Below are positions 41,870 to 54,000 of a stretch of DNA of 64,000 bases, piece by piece. Numbering within the stretch: the first letter of the stretch is position 1; every line of letters begins with the position of its first letter. The stretch covers positions 268,952-332,951 of the forward strand of contig NMRA01000072.1 in assembly GCA_002633005.1 (NCBI GenBank), read 5' to 3'. Both the position numbers and the translations under genes were made by a program. Source of the DNA: Phoronis australis (taxonomy: Eukaryota; Animalia; Phoronida). A model generated the notes under the pieces. That model did no database searches. It saw nothing but the letters and a program-made list of their open reading frames with translations, and had not been told where the DNA came from.

Positions 41870-42088
41870 GGGCCCATTCCAAGAAAACTGACTTATCGTA
41901 GATAAATCTTAAATTTCAGTTAATTTTAAGACGAAACTTCAATTTGTCTTCCAAGAAAGTGATCTTAAGTTTTGTCTGAATTTTGGCCAACTTACTGAAA
42001 TCAGATGTGGAAGTTTCAAAGTTTGGAATTGAGACAAACCTTAGACTTAAGTCACACATGAACTTAAGTCAGTTTCTTGGAATGGGCC
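41870..42088. mobile_element. MITE family A copy 1 (PIF/Harbinger-like)
   Basis: TIR ggcccattccaagaaaactgactta / taagtcagtttcttggaatgggcc; second copy at 47044. Confidence 0.75.
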
Positions 42089-42244
42089 GGTGACTTTTGT
42101 GGCTGTTCTTGGACAGGTCTATTTTTTAATCACTCAAAACAGTATGAACGGACTGTCATTTGTTGCCAAACAGTAAGTTTTGCAATCAAAGTTTTAAAAA
42201 TACAGATATTACTTCTGTACATTTTTGTCCAGTTGGAAAAAAGG

Positions 42245-42360
42245 AACTTTTTGTAGAGTGAGCCGTTTCGTAGGTAATTAAAAGTAAGAAGGCACCCTTT
42301 TGCCAGAAATTCCTACACCTCTTCAGTAGGGTAAGACCAGGCTCTTGTTTTGTAAAAGTT
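42245..42360 (-). ncRNA. Hammerhead ribozyme-like motif (type III topology)
   Basis: Minus strand: gagcc-tg-GUC-uuacccua-CUGAAGA-ggu-guaggaauu...aauuaccuac-GAAA-c-ggcuc; stems II and III pair, stem I is minimal. Confidence 0.5.
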
Positions 42361-42616
42361 TGTGCACCTGGTCTGGGCTGAGGAATATTATTGCAAAAGC
42401 AAAACTGCCTTTTTTAGAACAAAACGTTGCAGCTCATTGGGTTGATCAACTTGTTCATGTTCACTCACAGTGGCTGCCTTCAGGAACCTCGTTAAAAAAC
42501 TGTGTGAAAATTAAAATTGATATTTTGTCTGTCTTAGTGAAGGCCAAGAGTCTGTTTCATGAAGGTAACTTTAGACTTCAGTGGAACTTGAACACTAATT
42601 CCTTATCTCTGGTCAA

Positions 42617-42833
42617 ATTAGAAACACAACAAACAGCGACAATGTGAATATGAAGTAGGTTGAAAATTGACGAATGTTTTTAAGAACAAGTTCTGTGTCG
42701 AAAATTATCGGCCTTTAGTCACTCAACCGTGTCCAGTAATTATCATGATGTGGTGTTGAGGAATAACACTGCATGATACAGGCTATGTGAGCCCCCAAGG
42801 TACGTCATTAGTGCAAGGGTCACCTTTTTGCAG
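42617..42833 (+). repeat. Interspersed repeat C copy 1 (~215 bp)
   Basis: Aligns by eye to 48548-48763 (atgtgaatatgaagtaggttgaaaattgac...gagcccccaagg.acgtcattagtgca). Confidence 0.85.
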
Positions 42834-44310
42834 AATTCTTTTGTTCCGAATGAATACTTACTGTACTTTTTGTTTAGCATAGATGATCAAGTAGCATCGT
42901 CATTTAGCTCCTGCTTAGTATACTTCAGCTTGAGTTAGAAACATGCAAATACATCTCTAATACAGAAATTTGGTGTTATGCCCCAAACAACCATATCAGA
43001 GAAATAATTAAATCTCACTTTTGCCAACAATGCTAAGTGCTTTAGAAAGTACACATAACTGCTAGCCAGAGATAATTTCTATAAACTGTGTAGAGTGTGG
43101 TTTACTCATAATTACTTGGCTAAATCTTTTTTCAGAAACTGTGAAGTGGTAGCGTAAGACCAAATTCTTGACTTCATGACGGGCTTAAGATTTTTAAGAT
43201 TTAAAAACCTTAAGTCACTTATGAAAAAGTTCCCTGACTTTCAACATTTGATAGAAAACGCGTCTGTTCAGGAAGAAAGTCACTTATCTGGTCAGCTCAT
43301 CCTTTATACCTCTTCTATGCTATTACCCCTCCCCCCCGTGTTTGCTGGGGCATATGAAGATGAAATTTTAAAATTTTTATTTTTAATCATTGTTCATACA
43401 TGTCATTCCTTAGAGAACAAAATTAATGATTTTCTCTGGTAACTATAATATCGGTTCTGTTAAGGTTTGCAGAACACTGAAAAATGATGCAAAATGAGTA
43501 GATGACGGTCACTGTTAGACTTATGTTTTATTTGTCGGCGGCGAAGCCATCTTGCTATCCTGTCCAATCATTTTGCTAATGACATGGTCTCGTGCTGTCT
43601 GTCTTTTTTGTTTTTTCTCCACATAAATTTGCCTTCCTCAGAGAAAAAGCACTGCGGCTGTAATTTGTGACATGAAAAGTTTTGAGAGAGATTAATGTTG
43701 CTTATATACATTTATTTGGCAGTGTGTATTGTTTACATTAAGATTAACTACTACTGCCATCTAGTGTTATGAGGAGGAACATCACTTTTACGTCATCGCA
43801 GGTTGCACAGAAGCAACACAGTTTAGCCAGAGGTTTGCTGTTTTACAAATAAGTGCAGGTGTTCCATCTAGAAGTCAGGGGTGTCAGCTACCCCCCTTCC
43901 ATCATTAAACCAGTTTTTCTTTTGACCACCTAGGTTCTGAAATTGGTCTCAATTTCGTATGTAGTCAAAACCGGTATTCTTTCTGGTATTCCTTTTGGAA
44001 AGACTAGCAGTTTGCTGTTGCTTGGGACCAGGCTACGATTTGGCTTGTCCGGTTATGTCATTTTATTTGCTGAACATGATCTTGAGGAATAGGGAACTGT
44101 CAGTTCTTTGTAAGACCAAAAATCACTTCTCATCCGAGTAATGAACACTATTAGACTATAGTAGAAAGTGGTCTAAATCAAAATTTTCTATCTCCAACGG
44201 AACATGAGTTTTTGTGCTTTAACCGCTTGGCAATACTTTGCAGTTTCTCTGTTTAGCGCATGCTGGCAGTCTGAATTTATTAATGCCTCTAGTTAATTGC
44301 TCTTTTTCAG

Positions 44311-46078
44311 TAAACCCCATGCAAAACCACCAGTGAAGCTAAAGGCTCAAGTTGATAACCTGTCTGATGAGCATGACTTTGTTCAATCCTCACAAGCGTC
44401 TTACAGCCAGGTCACCAAGGACATTGTCGTCACCAAGGTATTAAACTCTCATGGGGTGTTGGTGTCACGCTTTCATTGTCCCCTATGCGACTACTCTTGC
44501 ACCAAGTGCGTACTGTGCCGCAAACATGTAGAGAAGCATACCGCAAAGACGACACAAGCTGCGACAAGGATGGGAAAGAACAGAATACTAACTGTGATGT
44601 CTGCTGCAGGGAATAAAGTTTATGAACGGGAGTACATCTGTCCAAAGTGCCCTTATACAAGCACCAAGAAGTCTTCATGTCAAAAACACATTAGAAGAGC
44701 ACACACAATTAACTCTGGCTCTGATGAGCCATCGGTCTTCAGGTGTCGCATTTGTCCACTGGCTCTCTTCTCAAACAAGTTTAATCTTCAGCGACATATG
44801 GTTAGTAAGCATCTTAATCACAAACAAGGTCATTTAAAGAGTGTTCGCAGGATCAGGATGACACCAATAAAAAAGTCAACAGCTAAAGAAGTCCTGTACC
44901 ACAGAGTCACAAAGAAGCAGTCCAGAGGAAAGTCTGTTACTCTGTTTATGTGCGATATGTGCGGACTTTCATTTAGGACCAAGGCTAAAATTGATTCGCA
45001 TATGCATTTTCACAAAGAGGGAAAGCTAACTTGGAAGTGTGCATTCTGCAAAGCAATGTTTACTACTGATGCTGGTAAACGTACTCATACTACAAGGATG
45101 CATGCCGATGAAATCCAGGCGCATGATAGTGAACACAAAGTCAAATCCCAAGATCAGACCAACAACTGTAGTTCCATGACTACTCAGGCGATGCGCACAT
45201 GTTCTGTTGTGCTGTCGAGGTATCAAAGACGGCAGACAGCTCGTAAAAAGGCAGCAGGTCACCGTCAGAAGAGTGCCGTTTCGGCTCTAAACCACTTTCA
45301 TGACCTGCTGCCACCTGTTGACAGCTGCACAGACCGTGTTGCATCTTGGCTATCATCATGTGCTATGACCCGCAACGGGGACTCAGACACTCATACACCT
45401 TCCATGGTCACAGATTTGGTTGTCAGCTCACCCTATTCCATCAGTCTGTCCACTTTTACGTCTTGTGGACCAACACAACCTGAGGAACTGCCCAAAGCAG
45501 ATGGGAAAGAACATTCAGTTGGCAGAGTAACCGAGCACGGCTTCATCGCTGAAACGGAAGCCACTAGCAACACTGTGAGGGAATTCAAAAAGTCTGTTGG
45601 CCACGTTGTTGGACATGGTGAGTGTTCTCGGCAGCCAGTTGAAGTTGAGAGAACGAAGTTTATCTGTGACCAGTGCCCTCAACTGTTTGCAACCATGGAA
45701 CTGTTGACAGAGCACCAGTTAAGTCACGGACATGGTCATTGTGACCTTATGACCTGTGCGTACTGCAGTTTTTCTAACGACAATGCAGATGTTTTACAAC
45801 AGCACATCGAATCGCACTTTAAGGTCCACCTGTACTACAATGCCACAGGTCTTTGTGTGGCATACAGGCGGCAGCATTACTTTGATGAACTACCTCAGGA
45901 GCACAAGTCTTCTGATTCTACATACAGCAAGAAATTCAAGAACCGCAGTATTTACAGACAGGAGTCAAAGCCAGATGGTTATATTTGCAAGTTTTGTGAC
46001 TTGCAAGTGGCTTCATTGCCAGACCTGATCTGCCATGAGAACCGGCATCTCGTGGGTTCTGACCATTTGTTCTTTTAG
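44311..46078 (+). CDS. C2H2 zinc-finger protein, terminal exon with 8 dispersed fingers
   Basis: tttcag|T AAA CCC (phase 2 matches 40767); CPLC, CPKC, CRIC, CDMC, CAFC, CDQC, CAYC, CKFC each followed by HxxxH/HxxxxH; TAG at 46076-46078. Confidence 0.9.
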
Positions 46079-46613
46079 CACTCAGGTGGCTGGTGTAGCA
46101 GACATGTGACATTTTAGGAGTGGCCACTGTGATTTTTGTGACTATAACATGTCACCATCATGGGATGAAGGTCTGTTTGTCCGTAAGGACTCGTATGTTA
46201 TGGACTGACACTCCATGGGGTGGGCTCTGACCATGTATTTGTTTAGTTAAGACCTTGCTCCTCAGATTACCAGTCTTGGAGAACTGTTGCAGTTGATTAA
46301 TAGTGATCTATTATGAGTTGTGCCAAAGTTTTAGTACCAGTATGTTTCTTTTGATATTTTTCTGCTTAAGCACCTAACATGCTTTTAGTTGTTTAGTTTT
46401 GTTTTAGTACAATAACCTGGTTGACAAGGAAAGTTTGTATTGTGTGTTGGCAACATTTCCTGTGTGATAGGCATCTGTAAACCTTCCATCACAAACACTG
46501 TTGATTTAGATCACCCCATTTGGAGAGTGATTTCAAATAGTTAATTAGTCAAATTAGAGGTTATTTCAGGGCTTTATAAGAACTGAAATTTTTTGTTATT
46601 GCTGGACACTAGT

Positions 46614-47040
46614 GCCCAGTTGCATGAAACAGTCCCAAATAGGAACTCGACTAAGTTCCCTAAATCTACTGGGCATTTTGGGACTTGTAAAAACCAGGAT
46701 TGCCCTTTCTTGTATTGTTTTAGTTTCATTACTAAGTGAACTTTTGAGTTTGATACAAATCGAGAGTGAAGTTTAGTTCAATTGTCAATAATAATCAAAA
46801 ATAATTAGCGCGTATGTTTTCATGGAACACCCCAATTTAAGCACCAAGTTCCTATTTATTTTCAGTGAAGTCTGGGCTCAGGTTTTAATTATATTAGAAA
46901 ATGTCATTAATCGAAGAGGAGCTCATAATAAAGAGGAAATGATAGAAAAATATTGCAGCTGTGAGTCCATAAAGACACAAATAAGCAAAAAGACTTAAAA
47001 ATCTCAGTTCTTGTTTGGGACTGTTTCATGCAACCGACCA
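46614..47040. mobile_element. MITE family B, abutting family A copy 2
   Basis: TIR gttgcatgaaacagtcccaaa / tttgggactgtttcatgcaac. Confidence 0.72.
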
Positions 47041-47043
47041 CAG

Positions 47044-47279
47044 GGGCCCATTCCAAGAAAACTGAATTAGCTAAGATAAATCTTAAATTTCACTCAATAT
47101 TAAAACAAAACTTAAATTTGTCTCAAGCTCGTTTCAAGAAAGAGTTTGACCAAAGTTTTTACTTAAGTTTTGTCTTAATTTTGACTAAGTTGCTGAATGT
47201 GGAAATTTCAAAGTTTGGAAGTTGAAACAAATGTTAGACATAAGTCAATGAATTTAAGTCAGTTTCTCGGAATGGGGCC
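47044..47279. mobile_element. MITE family A copy 2, 3-bp TSD CAG
   Basis: cag|gggcccattccaagaaaactga...tcagtttctcggaatggggcc|cag. Confidence 0.78.
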
Positions 47280-47826
47280 CAGGCTCATACAAGTCGGTTT
47301 GTCACAGGTGATATTTCATGTCCCAAGCATAGTCTTAAGGAATAAGGACATATTAGTTCTTTTCAAAATAAAACCAGAAATCGCCTTTCGGTTGAGTAAA
47401 TAACAAATGGAGATCTTTTGTAGCAGCAGGCGTCGACCTAAATCAAAAGTTCGTTTCTAAAACGTTTGTGGAGGTTGTAAGTATTAGTTATAGACCGATT
47501 GAAATAACTATTTTTGTTTGAGAGATTTGTGTTGCAAAGCTACTGAAATGAAGCATGTTGTAGGTCTGTGTTTAGTCATGAGCAGACTGTAAATGCTAAA
47601 CATTACTACTATTGACTTGTTGTTACAAAGTATTGTGAAGTTTATTGAAGGTTATAGGATAACATGGTAGTTTAGATCTTAAGTTAACGATCTAGCGCCA
47701 TTTTTTCCTTTTTAATTTGGTACTTATATTTTTATATCACCATTTTGTAGTTTTCTAAAATACAGGGGTCTGTTTAGAAAATTTTAAGTTTCCTAGTTTA
47801 GGTTCACGCTTCAGTCGTTGTCATTA

Positions 47827-48002
47827 TTAACACCAGCCAGGAGACCAGACGTTCCCAAACTTCTCAGGATTCGATCTGTCTACTTCCGCCGGCGGCCATA
47901 TTGGTTTAACCATCTGCTTCATATACATATCCAGTCTGGCCTCTAGTCTTTTCACTACTTCTGGAAGCTTGTCTGCCAGGTTGTTTCTCTCTTCTGGGTC
48001 GA
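47827..48002 (-). CDS. Arylsulfatase exon 11 (terminal)
   Basis: [19 protein letters not shown]...[10 protein letters not shown]. Confidence 0.92.
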
Positions 48003-51000
48003 CTGAAATAAATAGTCTTAGAATTACCTTACACATAAATTATATTTGTTTACCCTCATGCGCTAAATCAAATTTCTATACTCAGATTCGAAACATAACA
48101 TGAAAAGTGTTGTTCATGTACAGAGGTTGGTTATCAGAAACTAATCTCAGAAATCAAAATCGCTTATTTCTAAAACTTACTCTTTCCGCGTGCGTTCTAC
48201 GAGTGACGTCACACGCTGTAGACAGGAAATTCACTGCCGTTTGGCCAGTTCACCCAATGATTGGGATACAAGAAAACGCATTTTTACGGAATTTTGACTC
48301 TGCATCATGCAATTTGTCTCTCAAAATTCCTGTTGTGTATTTACGAAATTTGTCCTCCAATTTGTAGTGGTCGATGGTTGGCGAAATGCAAGGACAATCT
48401 GGTAAAATGTTGTTTGTAGTACTGTGCAGTGCCACGTGAATCATGGATGAACGTTTTCACCAACAGATGTTTTATCAAACGTCTGGCACAGCTTTAAATG
48501 GAACTTGCACGCTAATTCCTTGTCTGTGTGATGGTTGGGCAGCTTAGTTAGAAAAGCTACATATAGCGACGATGTGAATATGAAGTAGGTTGAAAATTGA
48601 CAAATGTTTTAAGAACGTGTTTTGTGTCGAAGATGATCCGCCGTAAATCATTCAACCGTGTCCAGTAAGTATCGTGACGTGGTGTTGGGGAATTACACTG
48701 CACGATGCGGGTTATGTGAGCCCCCAAGGCACGTCATTAGTGCAGAGGTCACCTATTTGTAGATTTTTTTGTTTTCACATACACAAGTTGTCAATGAACA
48801 CAACTGCTCGCGTGGATGATGTTCATATAGCATTGTCGTTACTAAAGTTCTTGCTATAAATGTTTTGGGTCCGGCGGTCATGTTGCTTCTCACCCGTGTT
48901 CATTAGCGTAGTTGGGAGCATTTAATTGTAAGTTCCAATTAAACACTACAGGCTCTTTTGGGCCAGTACGATGAACACTTAAACTATGAGCAAGACCATG
49001 GTTGTTTGGAAATGCTGCCTTTTACCTGCATGTTTTGTCTATCACGCTAGAGGGTACATGCACTTACATCTGATATTATACAATTGCGTGAAAAGAGAGA
49101 ATGTGAAGTCTGACTTCTGTCCCATTTGCTCATCTCTCGTCGACGATATAACATGTTGGCCTACTCCTCGTGACCTCTTGTGTCTTTTAGTCCAGTGTTC
49201 GTCTTGCTCATATTCCGGTGGAATATTCCATTGATTGCTGCCGGGATAACCTGCCAACCATCTGATCAGCTTGTAGTCGCCCACCCTGAAACGGAAGCTT
49301 TCAGTTCTAAGATGTCGATCTTTACTAGGCATCGATGTAGCGTGCGGAACGAGGCATAACGAAGGTCAATTCCTCATACTCGGCATGCATACAGGGCGGC
49401 ATGATTGTTCTCAAATTCGTGGAAAGTGTATCCTTTTAAAATGGGAATACGGCAGTCCGCGAAAATGCCTAAATGGGTATTTTATAATCATGATATCCTT
49501 GAAATGTAGAAATAGGGTATAATTCTTATGAAAGAGTGGAGTGGCAATCGTATCATAGAATCTGAATACTGGATCGCTTATCTCGTCTGCCGCGTATCAC
49601 TCAAGTTAAGTAGGTCTACATGACTCACTCCTGAACTGAATCTGAAGAGCATACACGGCCGGAACGCCGATATTTGACTTTTCATTAAAGCTTTAAGAAG
49701 TTCTTTTCTCTTGGGAATCTTGTTTTTCACTGAAAAGGTACAGAAATCCCATAACCCTCGTGTGGCTCTGAGTGGGGGTACCAAGAAGCCCGAAAGTTGG
49801 TTGCCTACATATGGTGTGCTATTTATTTATTGTAGTGACTAAAACACTTTGCAATTAGAATTTCGAAAATCAAGAGATACAAATTATAAATGTATCCAGC
49901 CTGTTTGGGCGTATTACTCACTTCCATGACATTTCTTACAAATAAATATTAGGGCATGACAGTTAATCTTGCCAAAACAAAAATTACAGTGTTTCGGAAA
50001 CCTAACCCTCGTCCGTTGCTAAAACGGTTTTCTGATAACCACGAAATCGACGTAGTATCATGCTACAAATATCTTGATATATGTTTTACACCAAGATTAT
50101 CGTGGTCTCAGCCCACTCGAATACTAGCACACCAAGCACCAATAACTTTATTGATGTTCAAAAAATAACATATTCATGTGATCGCCTGACAGTGTCTACT
50201 GCTTTCGAAATTTTTGATAAAATGATTTTTTTTCTTATACTTAGTTATACTTACTGATATCTGTGGTTTTAAAAAGTGTAAATATAAAGAAAAGTCTCAT
50301 TTGGCCTTCTGTAGACTGATTGGGCCATGTCAGTATATTCTTACTGTCATCGTGGCTTTTTTCCATGCCCATCTTGCAGTCTTCTTAGTTCTTTTACTTA
50401 CGTCATAACAAATGGCCTTATTCGCAATCCTCACCTGGCAACATAGCTCGTCGTGTACCCCGACCATAATAGTTTACGATAAACGGATTTTAGGTGCTGG
50501 AAGTTCAACGACCGAACAGTGCTGTCCTTGGAGTGTGGTAGATTTCCATTGTTCATCAAATGTTATGTAAAATCCATAAAACTAGTCAAAACTTGTTAGG
50601 ATAACTCATATAAGATTTTGTAATATTGTGTATAACAAACTTTTTGAGTTGGGTGGTGTTGGTAAGGTCACATGGGGGTCGGCAATTATTAATGTTCCCT
50701 ACGGTTTTAGAATGGTCTGGTTGTGGCAAAACTGTTCTTGTATGTTTTGAAAGAAGATTAAAAGACTGTTATTGGCAAGAATGGAAGTCGGATATTGATA
50801 ATAGTACAAAGCTTGATAAATAATCTGCCATAAAATTAGATTTTGGTTTTGAACATTATTTAGCACAGCATTTACCATCTGTACTTATTCGCGATGTGAC
50901 ACGACTCAGATTACCAAATCATGAATTAGCTTTTGAGTCTGAGCGACACATTTATATTGACCAACAGTTTCGGGTTCGCTTTTTTGTACTGAAGAACTAT

Positions 51001-54000
51001 AGAAATCGAGCTTTATTTCACAAGTATTTGCACACTGTATTCGAGTCTAAGGAATGCATTTATCGCTCTCGAATTCAGATGCAAACTAAACGCCAGCTAA
51101 TTTAAAAAGGTTGCTATATACAAGTTGTCGTGAACATGTACATCGGTAAATTACTATCTCTTGTTCTGGTTATGTTCGTTTTATGTAATTCTTACGACTA
51201 TAATGTATTTTCGCATTTTTGTTCCACTTTGAACCAATGGCATCGAAGTATATAAAATAAAAACATGTAGGCTTATAGTATGTGCATGAAGGATTCAGAT
51301 AAGCTAATTTAACGTATTTTCGACTTGTCTTGGGTATAGTTTAAATGAAACTTTTAGTTTTCTTGTCCTAGAATTCTGTACGAATTTTCGAACTTGAAGT
51401 TTGTACTGCACTATTTTAGCATGCGTTTGGGTTACATCGGAATTCCAGCGCAAATACATATAAAATGCAACGCGTCTTTGAATAGTTTTTTTCAGTACAT
51501 TTTGTTTCAAGTGCTTTCTATTTAATAGTTAATTGTTAATTTCTAAACTCATCAATGCACGTCATTTCGAAATGGATGTAAGCCATATTTCACAAAATGA
51601 TATTTTCAAAATTTTTGCTTCTTAGATGTGCTCAAGCTTTTCGCAAAGTGTAATTGCGTTCGCTTAATTCCGGATACAGGAGCTGCGTCACCAATAGCAG
51701 GGGAAATAGAATGTTTTCGCTGCCTACACTCGCATGTGGCATATGCAGTGAAACTCACCGGATAGCAGCGTTGCCTTCTGTTATAAGTGACGTGTAGTTG
51801 TCAAGGTTGTACACGAACTCTGACCTCTGAGACTGTCCTCCGTTCAAAACAAGGTCCGTCTGGTCTAAGCCATCTACTTCTCGCGGAGTCACTCCGCCAG
51901 CGAGATTTATGAAAGTGGAGAACCAGTCCACAGCGTGAATCATCCTAATGGCGGAAACGCTACTGAATCAGCAAAAATGCGACAGCAAACTGTTTTGCAA
52001 CACACTGGTAAAATATAACATATGACGCCACATTTGAAATGATCAGTTGCGCGAAGGACGTTTTGGCTTCTATTCTATGAGTCTTCCTTGCTTGTACTAC
52101 ACATGCCAAAATACAAAAAAATAAAATCCACTAATTTTCATTATAGTGTCGATTATACTGTTTCATATTTATGAGGTCTTGTATTTAAAATGGGTACACG
52201 TGCACGTAGGCCTGTGCCTATTTCTGCGAAGGTTTTTTCTGTTGCTTGTTGCAACTCTCTGCGCTGCAACCAATATAACCCCATTTGCTGCGATACCTTT
52301 GGAACCTCAGTGCAACAGATTCCACAAAATATAGTAATGTCTGAATACAGCTACTGTCGCCTGCCATCAACAAAACCGTGTTTCTTTCACAATATTGGTC
52401 TCAATTTTCCTGGCTATTACAATTTCATTCCTGTATGTTTTCATGACTGAAGTTAATTCAAACTGTGCAAGTCTTCACAATCGGACTTAGTCTAACTCTT
52501 GTCTAACGCCATACTCACTCATTACTGCGATGTCCCCTTTTCGCTAAGAGAGGACTGTGTATAAACGCCGGACCCCTGGTCCCTCCCTCGTAAACGGTGC
52601 CTTTGGCGCCGCGTAACGGCCAGTTATATCCGGAAAATATATTCGACCCACCATTCTAAAAGTAAGGTAACGAATCTATACAAATTCAGTTTGGCGTTAT
52701 CACATGTTTGTTGTCCGCTGCCTTCTACCATCAAAACTATATATTGGTGATCTAGATAAACAAATAGGCTTATGAGAAAACCGTTTGATAAAAATTGACA
52801 TGCAGTCAATCATAGTGTATTCAAGCTTTCATCCAATTAATCTGGGAAGAAGAGTGATAACTATACTGACATCAAAATTATGTCATCCTAATTTGAAAAA
52901 CTTATTAGAATTTGAAAGTTTACTGAAGACACACGATCTGTTTTTAGTTATCCTTTGGATATCTTACTGTGTGACTACAAAGATAGAATATTTGGTAAAA
53001 ACAAACAACTACCCACAATTATCCACACACGAAGATACTTGAGAGGGCAAAATACCCACCCGAGTTGGTGCCCCCCCGCACTTACATCCGTTGTGAAGAC
53101 TATGAGTGTGTTGTCGTACAGGTTGTTTTTCTTTAAAGCTTCCACAATTTGTCCAACGCCGTCGTCTAGCGCTGCCACCATTCCTATACGGAAATAGAAG
53201 AGAAGTGCCGATTCAGGGCTTGCTTTCGTTAAAGATTGAGACCAGCCAACTCACTGGCCCTGACTTCAAGCAGGGTGAACTGTCAGATTTATCTAAGCCC
53301 AAATTCCTCTTCTAATCTGATTCAATTACAACTCAATATAAATGTTATACATTGCATGGCGTGCCAAGTTCTGACTTTGGACTCGGGATACTTTTGGTCC
53401 TACAACTGTTTACGCATCACACACACACAAGCGTAATGCACATATAAATTTTACCACAGAATGTTCGTCTGTTCTGGTCCATAATATCTGAGCACCGTTG
53501 AGCATATTCTTCAGGGACCTAAAAGAGAGAAAAAAACTGGATTTGAAATAGAAGGAAGAAAAAATGTGCTTCTCTATTTAAATTAGGGCTAGTACGATTC
53601 AGCAACATACTTGGTAGTCACTGCTTTCTACGTTCGATGGCTCAAAATTCAAAATCGAACTCGGAGCTATTTTTTACATTTTCTGTTAAAGCGCACTTGA
53701 AAAGTAAGTATTCTGCACCCGAGTACGATATTGGTAACCGCAGATAAGTGTTGAGTCCGATCTCGTGCCACAAACTCGAGTTCAGATTCGAACGCGTCAG
53801 CTTTAACGCTGGGTTCAAAACGAACCAGTATTACAGTCAGTCACGTAAACCATAATATATTCGAGCGCACAATAATATTTCGTATCAATGAGGAATGGAA
53901 AATGTCAAAAAATCCAGGGCTATTTTGAGTAAAAAGATTATACCCTTCGTTCTGAATAATGAGGTACCCATATCTCGGAGGAAACTGATGTAAATTGCTC

